Below are positions 1-7,632 of a stretch of DNA of 32,000 bases, piece after piece. Every line of letters begins with the position of its first letter. Position 1 is the stretch's first letter. The notes beneath the pieces are model-generated. The model was given only the letters and a program-made list of their open reading frames with translations, searched no databases and had not been told where the DNA came from. This DNA is from an uncultured Candidatus Saccharibacteria bacterium (lineage in GTDB: Bacteria; Patescibacteriota; UBA1384; XYA2-FULL-43-10; 1-14-0-10-43-13). The stretch covers positions 540,001-572,000 of the forward strand of contig CAZIYE010000001.1 of the NCBI GenBank assembly GCA_964543385.1. The letters run 5' to 3'. The position numbers were made by a program, and so were the translations under genes.

Positions 1-409
1 TCATTACCCAGTTCCCGAATATCTTTATGAAGGGCATTCCCTTAGGACTTCTCATTCTGGTTCCTATAACAACGTCTGCTCTTTTCTCTAGGATTGGGGA
101 TATAATCTTTTCAATGTCGTTGGGGCTGTGTTGGCCATCAGCATCGACTGTTATGATAATATCGGCAGCCAATTTTTTGGCAGCTCCAAACCCTGTTTGT
201 ATTGCTGCACCTACACCTAAATTGATGATGTGATGCAATACGTGCTTAGTATTACTTTTGGCTACATCATAAGTTTTGTCAGTAGAGCCATCATCAACGA
301 CTAAAGTGACTATCTCGTCGATACCTTTAATTTTTTTTGGTAGTCCTCTTAAGACCTCACCAATCACTTTTTCCTCGTTATAAGCGGGGATTATTATCGC
401 TAGTCTCAT
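1..409 (-). CDS. Family-2 glycosyltransferase (GT-A fold, DPM1/GtrB-like), 3' end cut by window edge
   Basis: Absent from the ORF track because it is open at the window edge. Reverse translation from ATG at 409-407 reads MRLAIIIPAYNEEKVIGEVL..LVVDDGSTDKT..TVDADGQHSP..VVIGTR. These are the IIPxYNE, DDGSxD and DxD-type signatures of GT2 enzymes. Confidence 0.8.
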   Translation of the reverse strand, partial: MRLAIIIPAYNEEKVIGEVLRGLPKKIKGIDEIVTLVVDDGSTDKTYDVAKSNTKHVLHHIINLGVGAAIQTGFGAAKKLAADIIITVDADGQHSPNDIEKIISPILEKRADVVIGTRMRSPKGMPFIKIFGNWVM

Positions 410-539
410 ATAGTTATATTTTCAGTTAAGTTTCAATATAAGGACAAGGTTCATCCAAGAACCGATTGTCGCCGCAATCGTATCAAAAACAGTCATAATC
501 AGCAAGGCGAAATTCTATTTTTGGCCTCTTTTTGATATT

Positions 540-1958
540 ATGTTCTTGATGGAATTAAAAGTCAAAAATTTGTTTACTTCAAAAATAGGTCAGGTATGTC
601 TATATCTGTTGGCGATAATTATATTGGGAGTTATCTGTTTTCAGTATGCAGGAGTCGCCCATTTTCCAACCGGTGATGATCCGGCAGTGCATATACGCTA
701 TGCCAAAACTCTTTCTATCAGAGAAATATATTCAACTCTTCCTTATCCAATCCCTCTTAGCATTTTTAAATCAATACACGAACTAACCTCCATAGAATAT
801 CCCCGTCTATTTACTCTCACTATCTCTACTTTTCTGCTATTTTCGTCTATCTGCATATTCATCTTAACTAGAAAAATATCCAAGTCGGGATTCATGGCCT
901 TCATTGCGGCTGCGATCTTTGCAACTGGGGGTTGGGTGACTGACGGGCTTCGCATGGGTCTTCTCGCTGAGTCATTTGGTTGGGGCATGCTTGCTCTGAC
1001 TCTTTATTTCCTTGCGAGTCAAAACATTGTTTTCACTCTAGTATTTAGTGGACTACTAGCATTATCACATCCGTTTTCCTTCTCGGTATTTATTTTTGTG
1101 GCCATATTATATGTGCTTACAACTATATTTAGCAAAGACAAAAAAGAGCACAATTTTTCAATAACCATATCGTTGATTTATTTACTTTTCGCAATATTAA
1201 TATGGTTATTTGATAAAGAATTGATTCTTAAATTTGTTGACTTTATAAATCCCGAGAGAGCAGGTTGGGGCGAAAGAAAACTTTGGGAGATTGTCACAAC
1301 TTATGACCCAAAGAGGATCGTAATTGGATTTATGGCTCTGATTGGGGTAATGTCCAATATCAAAAGCTGGGGAAAGCCAGCCATTAAAGTTATATACATC
1401 CTTCTCTTTGTTGGGTTGTTTATGTCTATGAACCAAATCTTTGGTATTAGATTCCTTGTTTTTCGTTTCTTCCCATATTTAGAGATGGCGATTGCTGTTT
1501 TTGCGGCGCTTGGTCTTGTCGCCTTCGTGGAGAGACTACAAATTGTTAAATACAAGAATATAGCAATAATATTATTGGCTATCTTGGCTCTGACGCCCCA
1601 TTACATTAATAACGGAAAGGCTGTCCAAAATCAGGTTACAGATATTAGTCTAAACGATAGTATGACGGCAGGGGACCAAATAGCAATCAAATGGATTGAT
1701 CAAAATGTATCGAAAGATGCTTCTATTGTAGCTACGCGCAAAAGATTACTTTGGATCAGCGCTCTAACTGGAAACAAAAACACCCAAGAAGATATCACGC
1801 CTTTCGATTTAGCTGCTACAAAGAAACTGTATGATTCGGGAAACGGTTTCGCCTATGACTATTTCTATTATTCAGAGGTTGATACTATTCCTGATGAGAT
1901 AAAAAATAATTTCGACCTCATTTACAACAAAATGGGGGTTAGGTTATATAAAAGATGA
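540..1958 (+). CDS. Polytopic membrane protein, probable GT-C-fold glycosyltransferase
   Basis: 472-aa ORF with many hydrophobic spans followed by a soluble C-terminal domain of about 110 aa. The acidic motif FPTGDDPAVH lies just after TM1 and is shared with the paralogue at 2252-3865. The gene sits in glycosyltransferase context. The start is uncertain (ATG 540 or 549, no clear SD). Confidence 0.6.
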   Translation: MFLMELKVKNLFTSKIGQVCLYLLAIIILGVICFQYAGVAHFPTGDDPAVHIRYAKTLSIREIYSTLPYPIPLSIFKSIHELTSIEYPRLFTLTISTFLLFSSICIFILTRKISKSGFMAFIAAAIFATGGWVTDGLRMGLLAESFGWGMLALTLYFLASQNIVFTLVFSGLLALSHPFSFSVFIFVAILYVLTTIFSKDKKEHNFSITISLIYLLFAILIWLFDKELILKFVDFINPERAGWGERKLWEIVTTYDPKRIVIGFMALIGVMSNIKSWGKPAIKVIYILLFVGLFMSMNQIFGIRFLVFRFFPYLEMAIAVFAALGLVAFVERLQIVKYKNIAIILLAILALTPHYINNGKAVQNQVTDISLNDSMTAGDQIAIKWIDQNVSKDASIVATRKRLLWISALTGNKNTQEDITPFDLAATKKLYDSGNGFAYDYFYYSEVDTIPDEIKNNFDLIYNKMGVRLYKR

Positions 1959-2308
1959 AACAATTTGGAAATAAAATTTGGTGGTTGATCTTAATATATC
2001 TAGCTGTCGGGTACCTTTTCCCTGTGATTCTAAGGCAGAGATTTATGATTGTGGTTCTATTCGTATCTACTATGCTGATTCTCAGTGGATTGTCTTTAAA
2101 GGAAAAAAGCCGTTTTACTGCAGTGGTTGCAATTGCGGCTGCGTTTTTTCTAAAGATCATCCCTTCGCCTTACCCAGTCTTGGCAGACACGGGATTGCCA
2201 ATGGCCATTAACTTATTTCTGACAATGTTGGTAGTATTCCTTAGCTGTATTTTAGCTGCCAGAATATCCGACATAGTCTTGTTGAGAATTCAAAGGACAG
2301 AAAAATAA
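1955..2308 (+). CDS. Small membrane protein (about 4 TM), unknown function
   Basis: 117-aa ORF whose ATG overlaps the TGA of the upstream gene (ATGA coupling). It has four clear hydrophobic segments. Its 3' end overlaps the convergent gene by 57 nt. Confidence 0.5.
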   Translation: MKQFGNKIWWLILIYLAVGYLFPVILRQRFMIVVLFVSTMLILSGLSLKEKSRFTAVVAIAAAFFLKIIPSPYPVLADTGLPMAINLFLTMLVVFLSCILAARISDIVLLRIQRTEK

Positions 2309-3865
2309 TTCGTGATGAACTTTGAATAGATAAACCTCATTTATTTGGCTTTTTGAATTTAGAACTGTCGTCAAAAAGCGTTTTTTCTGATATTTATCAG
2401 CCATGCCAAGAGTTACCTCTGATGGCAGCCAGCCGGTCTTTGATTCCAAAAGGTATATATAGTCGAACTGGTAGATTGACCCATCTGCTTCGGGAACCCA
2501 GTAGTTATATTTAATTTTCCATTTTGGCAGGAGCGCATGTGAATAGAAATTATATGTCACAAGCAAAACTTTGCCTGGCTTTTGCTTATTTAAATAGTTA
2601 ATAACATCCATATCGGCGTTTGTTACGCGTATCATTGGTTCATATGAAACAGCACTGTCTAGCCTTAATTTAAATGGCAAAAAAAGAGAGACAGCCATGA
2701 CAATCATGCCAAGTATACACAGGATTTTATTGGTTTTAATTCTTTCTAATAAATAATAAACTCCACCTCCAGCCAGGATAGCTAAAGGCACGATCATATC
2801 ACGAGCTGGTCGTTCTGGGTTGCTCAGGAATGGCAATCGCGATGCGACGAATAAAATAACTATCCAAACCATCAATATAATTAATGGGGCAGATATCTTC
2901 CTTTGTTTTAGATAAATAAAGGGCATCGATATTAGTCCAAGAAGTGCATACAAACTAAAATACCGTCCGGGATTGCTGATATATCCTCTTAGAGACCACA
3001 TTGCTTCTGGGTTTGACCCGCCCAATATCTTAAAGAACGGAAAGGTGGAATTTATTTGGATCATTGTGCTAGACAGTGCTTTAGCGGATGCAAAAATTCC
3101 CGTCTTAGTAAAAGCATAAAAAAATGCCAGATACACTAAAAGATTTAATCCTAGAAGCAGAACTCCTTTTTTGACATTCCATTTATTTCTAATCCAATAA
3201 ATTATAATAAATGTTGGCAAAGACACCAATATAATAGCAATAAGATAAAAAGTGGTAGTGTGATGGGTAATTGGTATCAAAAGGGTAAAAATAATTGATA
3301 GTATAATAAATTTATTTCTGACCTTATGATTAATAGCTTTTATGGCACAAACAATAAAAGTCAAAATAAGCGGAAGTATAATTTGGGCAGCAATTATATT
3401 CGGATATCCTCCATCATTGAGCAGTTGGATTGGTGTTTTAGCAATAAAAGCGTAGAGAATAAAGGATACCAAGCCTGCCTCGACACCAAAAACAACGTAA
3501 CCGAGAACAAATATTGCGACACCAGATAGGACAAGTATTGCGGGCGCACTCCACTTAATTGCCTCCAGGAGATCTACATTAAATAAGATGGCGCTCTTTG
3601 CTACTAGATAATGGTAGGCCGGAGGATAACCGCCACTTTTCAAAACCTCAAAAAAATTACCTGTTCCATCATAAAATGGTCTGGCCATCCAATAGTGGTT
3701 CATCGGATCGTCACCAGCAGGAACAGCATATTGATACAGGACTAAGCCGTAATATTGGATAAAGGCTAGGACAACCAGGCCAAGCGATAAAAGATACCAA
3801 TATATTCTCTTGCTCTGTATTAACTTTTTAATGAAGTCGATCATTTGTTTTATTATATCAGCCAT
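2252..3865 (-). CDS. Polytopic membrane protein, probable GT-C-fold glycosyltransferase (paralogue of 540-1958)
   Basis: 537-aa ORF with more than 10 TM spans and a soluble C-terminal domain. It carries the same post-TM1 motif (QYAVPAGDDPMNH versus QYAGVAHFPTGDDPAVH). Confidence 0.6.
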   Translation of the reverse strand: MADIIKQMIDFIKKLIQSKRIYWYLLSLGLVVLAFIQYYGLVLYQYAVPAGDDPMNHYWMARPFYDGTGNFFEVLKSGGYPPAYHYLVAKSAILFNVDLLEAIKWSAPAILVLSGVAIFVLGYVVFGVEAGLVSFILYAFIAKTPIQLLNDGGYPNIIAAQIILPLILTFIVCAIKAINHKVRNKFIILSIIFTLLIPITHHTTTFYLIAIILVSLPTFIIIYWIRNKWNVKKGVLLLGLNLLVYLAFFYAFTKTGIFASAKALSSTMIQINSTFPFFKILGGSNPEAMWSLRGYISNPGRYFSLYALLGLISMPFIYLKQRKISAPLIILMVWIVILFVASRLPFLSNPERPARDMIVPLAILAGGGVYYLLERIKTNKILCILGMIVMAVSLFLPFKLRLDSAVSYEPMIRVTNADMDVINYLNKQKPGKVLLVTYNFYSHALLPKWKIKYNYWVPEADGSIYQFDYIYLLESKTGWLPSEVTLGMADKYQKKRFLTTVLNSKSQINEVYLFKVHHELFFCPLNSQQDYVGYSGS

Positions 3866-3900
3866 TGGGCCTAAACCAAAGATATTTGTGTGTTGCTACA

Positions 3901-3929
3901 TTGACTTATAATCAATATTATGCTATAAT
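3901..3929 (+). promoter_or_regulatory. Near-consensus sigma70-type promoter with extended -10
   Basis: TTGACT (3901-3906), a 17-nt spacer, then TGcTATAAT (TATAAT at 3924-3929). Downstream 5'UTR hairpins are GTTGCTT-GCAA-AAGCAAC (3936-3953) and GCGAG-ATACC-CTCGC (3957-3971). Confidence 0.65.
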
Positions 3930-3999
3930 ATAGAAGTTGCTTGCAAAAGCAACAATGCGAGATACCCTCGCAAATTTTCAGGTGAATGAGGTAATTATA

Positions 4000-4596
4000 A
4001 TGAATGGGAAGCGTCATTGGAGTGTCACTGGACCGTCGAACGGTTGGTTGCAGGATGGCACCGGATTAGTCAGCCCATGGGGGCAGATAATCTTCGTCAC
4101 CGATGGCAAGGTGACGGAACCGCGCATCATCGATGCGGGCGGGGCGATTGTGATCGCTGCGAATTCCCACGGCGAGATCGCCATGGTATATCGCGAGCGG
4201 TCCGTATTACCTGCATGGAGCAAGAAAGAGTCGCTCCCCATCGTGGACATGCCGGCATTCCTGGCTCGGCTCGAGGAGAATCCTCCTGAGCTCGAACTGA
4301 TCCGGGCCTATACGGCTCCGGATCTCACCATTGATCAGGCTGCCATGGTAGTGGCGGCAAGATACGGCATACCCGAGGCACATGCCAGTGGTACCGAGCT
4401 TATCGGAGAAGTATTCCTGTTCGGCCATACGCCGCAGCCGAACCCTATCATCTTGCTTGGTGTGATAGGTCGCCCCGAGCTTTCCGACGGGGCGTTCTGG
4501 ATGCCGGCCGCGGAAGTGAAGAAGGCCCTCGCTTCGGGAAAAATCCGCGATGCCTCCACTGGGACCGCGTTGGGCATTCATTTCGCCCAAATGTAA
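4000..4596 (+). CDS. Nudix-fold (ADP-ribose pyrophosphatase-like) protein with degenerate Nudix box; about 60 % GC island gene
   Basis: Longest ORF in the GC-rich island. I prefer ATG 4000 (GAGGT SD 7 nt upstream) over the track's TTG 3937, which would lie at or before the predicted TSS. By-eye similarity to NudF-type proteins: GGAIVIAANSHGEIAMVYRER at the N-terminal side and WMPAAEVKKALASGKIRDASTGTAL at the C-terminus. The REx2EE core is replaced. Confidence 0.6.
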   Translation: MNGKRHWSVTGPSNGWLQDGTGLVSPWGQIIFVTDGKVTEPRIIDAGGAIVIAANSHGEIAMVYRERSVLPAWSKKESLPIVDMPAFLARLEENPPELELIRAYTAPDLTIDQAAMVVAARYGIPEAHASGTELIGEVFLFGHTPQPNPIILLGVIGRPELSDGAFWMPAAEVKKALASGKIRDASTGTALGIHFAQM

Positions 4597-4610
4597 TAGT
4601 GCGTTGGCTT

Positions 4611-4635
4611 GGGAGATCGCTTGTTTGCATCTCCC
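4611..4635 (+). terminator. GC-clamped hairpin downstream of the island gene (terminator-like, no clean U-run)
   Basis: GGGAGAT (4611-4617) pairs with ATCTCCC (4629-4635) across an 11-nt loop, 15 nt after the stop codon. Confidence 0.4.
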
Positions 4636-4686
4636 ACCACCCCTCTTTGCTCAAATCTTGAGCTCGAAGGCAGTGGTAATAATATT

Positions 4687-4715
4687 TTGACAATTTTGTG
4701 CGAATAGGTTATTGT
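4687..4715 (+). promoter_or_regulatory. Candidate promoter of the metK leader
   Basis: TTGACA (4687-4692), a 17-nt spacer, then TATTGT (4710-4715), about 20 nt upstream of the riboswitch P1 stem. Confidence 0.4.
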
Positions 4716-4733
4716 AACAGTACAACTTAATAT

Positions 4734-4832
4734 ATTTATCAAGAGTGGCGCGAGAGTTTTGGCTCTATGACCGCCCAGCAACCTCAAGGAAACTTGAACG
4801 GTGCTAATTCCAAGCCTCACGGCGAGATAAAA
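4734..4832 (+). promoter_or_regulatory. SAM-I (S-box) riboswitch aptamer
   Basis: UUAUCAAGAG..GAGAG..UGGCUC.AUGA..GCAACC..GGUGCUAAUUCC..GAGAUAA matches the conserved S-box blocks in the correct order. P1 is formed by TTATC (4736-4740) and GATAA (4826-4830). It lies directly upstream of metK. Confidence 0.85.
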
Positions 4833-4841
4833 CAGTAAAAT

Positions 4842-4867
4842 ATCTTGCTTAACGGCAGGATTTTTTT
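4842..4867 (+). terminator. Intrinsic terminator (riboswitch expression platform)
   Basis: AUCUUGC (4842-4848), loop UUAACG, GCAGGAU (4855-4861), with the U-run continuing to 4867. It ends 23 nt before the metK ATG. Confidence 0.8.
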
Positions 4868-4890
4868 AAAACTAAACAAAGGATAGACAA

Positions 4891-6075
4891 ATGGAAGAGC
4901 CAAAAAATAAAAAAGTAAATAATTATCTTTTTACCTCAGAATCAGTGACCGAGGGCCATCCAGATAAAATGGCTGATCAAATCTCAGATGCTATTTTAGA
5001 CGAATTACTCAAAAAAGATCCACTTTCGAGGGCAGCTGTCGAAACTATGCTGACAAACGGAGTTTGCATTATTGCTGGCGAAGTCACAACTGACGCTTAT
5101 GTTGATATTGCAAAGATAGCTCGATCTGTCATCGAAGACATAGGTTATGACGGTTGTGGCTTTCACCATGCTTCCAGCGGCGTTATGACAGCAATCAAGG
5201 AACAATCATCGGATATTGCCCGTGGCGTTGATAGCTTCGAAAGAGTTGACGGCAAAATAGTAAAGGAAGATTTAGAACAATTGGGTGCCGGCGACCAAGG
5301 CTTGATGTTTGGCTATGCATGCACAGAGACCAAAGAACTTATGCCCTTGCCGATAACTTTAGCTCATGCTCTCTGTGAGCGTTTGTCAAAAGTAAGAAAA
5401 GCAGGGATCATAATGGGCTTATATCCTGATGGAAAATCTCAAATAACCATTAAGTATAAAGATAATAAGCCGGTAAGGGTACATACAATTTTGATTGCTG
5501 CTCAGCATGAAGAGGAAAAAGATCAAAAAATCTTGCAAAAAGAGATTATTGATTTTGTTATTAAGCCGGTTCTTGCAATTTATGATCTTGGTATTGATAA
5601 CGAGACTAATATTTACATCAATACTACCGGAAAGTTTGTCATAGGGGGCCCACAAGGGGATACAGGACTTACTGGCAGAAAGATAATAGTTGATACTTAT
5701 GGCGGCTACTCTCGTCATGGCGGCGGTGCTTTTTCTGGCAAGGATCCTTCAAAGGTTGATAGATCTGGATCGTACATGGCTAGATGGGTAGCTAAAAGTG
5801 TGGTTGGCTCAGGTCTGGCAGAGAGATGTGAAATACAAATATCATACGCTATAGGCAAGCCAGAGCCATTATCAGTTTATGTAGATACTTTTGGAACTGG
5901 TGTCATCCCAGACTCCGAGATCAAACAGAAGATACTTGATAACTTTGATTTTAGGCCAGGTATGATAATCAAAGAACTGGATTTGCGAAGGCCTATTTAT
6001 CGACAATTAGCAGCTTACGGTCATTTCGGCCGCCCGGATCTTGATCTGCCTTGGGAAAAGATTAGAAAAATATAA
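4891..6075 (+). CDS. metK: S-adenosylmethionine synthetase
   Basis: 394-aa ORF with hallmark motifs [36 protein letters not shown] and [16 protein letters not shown]. An AGGA SD is present. Confidence 0.97.
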   Translation: MEEPKNKKVNNYLFTSESVTEGHPDKMADQISDAILDELLKKDPLSRAAVETMLTNGVCIIAGEVTTDAYVDIAKIARSVIEDIGYDGCGFHHASSGVMTAIKEQSSDIARGVDSFERVDGKIVKEDLEQLGAGDQGLMFGYACTETKELMPLPITLAHALCERLSKVRKAGIIMGLYPDGKSQITIKYKDNKPVRVHTILIAAQHEEEKDQKILQKEIIDFVIKPVLAIYDLGIDNETNIYINTTGKFVIGGPQGDTGLTGRKIIVDTYGGYSRHGGGAFSGKDPSKVDRSGSYMARWVAKSVVGSGLAERCEIQISYAIGKPEPLSVYVDTFGTGVIPDSEIKQKILDNFDFRPGMIIKELDLRRPIYRQLAAYGHFGRPDLDLPWEKIRKI

Positions 6076-6101
6076 GTTCTTCATGTGAAATATTTTCCTC
6101 A

Positions 6102-6175
6102 TGTCATTGCGGACTTGATCTGGAATCTTGAGCTCTCAGATCCTAAGTAGACGACTTCGTTGGTTTAGGATGACA
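6102..6175. repeat. REP-like palindromic element pair (GTCAT-hairpin ... hairpin-ATGAC)
   Basis: TGTCAT-tgcggaCTTGAtctgga (a degenerate hairpin) followed by ATCCTAA..TTAGGAT-GACA. The outer ends TGTCAT and ATGACA are inverted. Same family as 10792-10855. It sits between convergent metK and the flippase gene. Confidence 0.5.
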
Positions 6176-6198
6176 ACTTTTAATTCAAATTCATAGGA

Positions 6199-7632
6199 CT
6201 ATTTTGTATCAGCTTTTATAAGCGATCTAACCGATTGTAAGCTGATAATATCGAAGAGATATGCGAGAACAAAAAAGAAAGCAGCTGAAATTATCATACT
6301 CGGAATAAAATGAAGTGCTAAAATTTTTAGAATTAGAGCAAAAGCCAAAGTTACTATTGCTATAAAAACAGTTTTTACAACATTGATGAGGTCAATTTTG
6401 AACGGTATGATTCTTCTTGTGTTATAGAGGAAAATAAAGAATAAAACAATCTCCGATATCAATGTACCGTAAGCGGCTGCCATATATGAATATTGGGGTA
6501 TAAATACCAGATTGAAGATAAAATTAAAGAGTAAAATAAATGCAGAAATCTTTAATAGCAATTTTCTCTCGTCTTTTGCTATTAAAATTTCTCCAAGCAG
6601 GATATCAAAATACAGAAAAGGCAGTGCAAGAGAAAGTATTATCAACGCCGATCCTCCGATACTATAGCTTTCGTTACTCAAGAAGGCGATTATTTCTTTT
6701 GAATAGGCGCAGGATATAGCTGCTATTGGTAGAGAAATAAGCATCATCGCTGTAAATGATTTTTCAATCAGGCTTTTTAACTGGGATGCATTATCTATAC
6801 CGCGAGAGATAATCGGTTTGAGTGAATTTGCAAAATATGAACCGAAGAAGACAGTTACCTCTAAAATTTTGTAGGCTACAGAGTAAATACTAACTGCCAC
6901 TGCTCCCTTGATTGCAAACAGCATAATAGTATCAAGTCTGAAGAATAGGTTATTGGCAATAAATATTATGCCCATCGGCCAAGCCAGATCAAATATCCAT
7001 TTGGTAATTTTTTTCTCATAACCAATTTTGATAGGTGTAAACTTGCTGGCGAAGTACCATTTGAAGACAAAAATTAGAATGCCAGACAATGCTACCACCG
7101 AGAAGACAATCCAGAGGAAGTTGCCTTTCAGAGTCACAACTACAATTAGCGCAGCTAAGGAAATAAGCTTGCTCAAAAATTCTGCGACAGCTGAAAATTG
7201 CATCTTCAGTCGGTGTTGCAAAATCATATCCCCAATACTACCCATTAGGTTGAAGAATAGAAAACCACAAGCAATCATTATCCCAAAAACAAGATTATGG
7301 TCATTGCGATATGGTGTTAGATATATAATGGCAATTGCTGCAAGACAGGCGAGCAAAGATGAGACTAAACGTATAAAGAAAACATTCGAGATGATTCTTT
7401 TCTCGCTGGAGGGATCTTTTGAAATCTCTCTGACGGTTACGGAAAATAGACCAAGATCAGCAATGACGAGAAAATAATTTACATAAGCTGTGATTGTATT
7501 GAGATTCCCATAATCAGTGTTTGAGAGATAGTTTGTTAGGATCTTTATAGAGATAAGGGTAAACACCAAAGTAACGATTCGTACAAGAATCTGGGAGGCC
7601 GTATTTATAAATATAGCTCTACGTTCTTTCAT
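6199..7632 (-). CDS. Polysaccharide/oligosaccharide flippase, MOP superfamily (Wzx-like)
   Basis: 477-aa ORF with about 14 TM segments. The N-terminus, FINTASQILVRIVTLVFTLISIKILTNYLSNTDYG, is typical of Polysacc_synt flippases. Its start overlaps the stop of the upstream gene (TAATG). Confidence 0.8.
   Translation of the reverse strand: MKERRAIFINTASQILVRIVTLVFTLISIKILTNYLSNTDYGNLNTITAYVNYFLVIADLGLFSVTVREISKDPSSEKRIISNVFFIRLVSSLLACLAAIAIIYLTPYRNDHNLVFGIMIACGFLFFNLMGSIGDMILQHRLKMQFSAVAEFLSKLISLAALIVVVTLKGNFLWIVFSVVALSGILIFVFKWYFASKFTPIKIGYEKKITKWIFDLAWPMGIIFIANNLFFRLDTIMLFAIKGAVAVSIYSVAYKILEVTVFFGSYFANSLKPIISRGIDNASQLKSLIEKSFTAMMLISLPIAAISCAYSKEIIAFLSNESYSIGGSALIILSLALPFLYFDILLGEILIAKDERKLLLKISAFILLFNFIFNLVFIPQYSYMAAAYGTLISEIVLFFIFLYNTRRIIPFKIDLINVVKTVFIAIVTLAFALILKILALHFIPSMIISAAFFFVLAYLFDIISLQSVRSLIKADTK

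Noticed and set aside
27-233. Short ORFs antisense to or nested in large genes. Examples: 27-233, 743-988, 7028-7477, 9325-9669, 12369-12686, 22098-22502, 24690-25121, 25791-26147, 29631-29906, 31000-31323.
   Set aside because: Each lies fully inside a longer ORF with clear family signatures on the other strand or in another frame. None has an SD, and the peptides are low-complexity.
2252-2308. 57-nt convergent overlap of the 117-aa ORF and the GT-C gene as a regulatory antisense arrangement
   Set aside because: This is more simply explained by uncertain 3' ends of poorly conserved tails. No supporting structure was seen.
3937-3999. TTG start at 3937 proposed by the ORF track for the island-1 gene
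   Set aside because: It lies 8 nt after the TATAAT box, at or before the predicted TSS, and runs through two UTR hairpins. ATG 4000 has a proper SD.
4597-4686. Idea that the hairpins after the GC-rich ORFs are integron attC sites (cassette capture)
   Set aside because: I found no RYYYAAC/GTTRRRY core pairs (GTTGGCT at 4603 fails the purine rule). There is no integrase and the units are dispersed rather than arrayed. The idea is kept only as a loose analogy.
4014-4693. Five overlapping ORFs (78-127 aa) on both strands inside island 1
   Set aside because: High-GC DNA is poor in stop codons, so long spurious ORFs are expected. Only the + frame from 4000 has an SD, a promoter, a family-like sequence and full length.
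4578-4820. 80-81-aa minus-strand ORFs between island 1 and metK
   Set aside because: They overlap the SAM-I riboswitch and promoter. The peptides are low-complexity, with no SD.
4654-6135. Identical 12-mer AATCTTGAGCTC on both sides of metK (4654-4665 and 6124-6135)
   Set aside because: Tens of 12-mer coincidences are expected by chance in 32 kb. There is no extended similarity around them.
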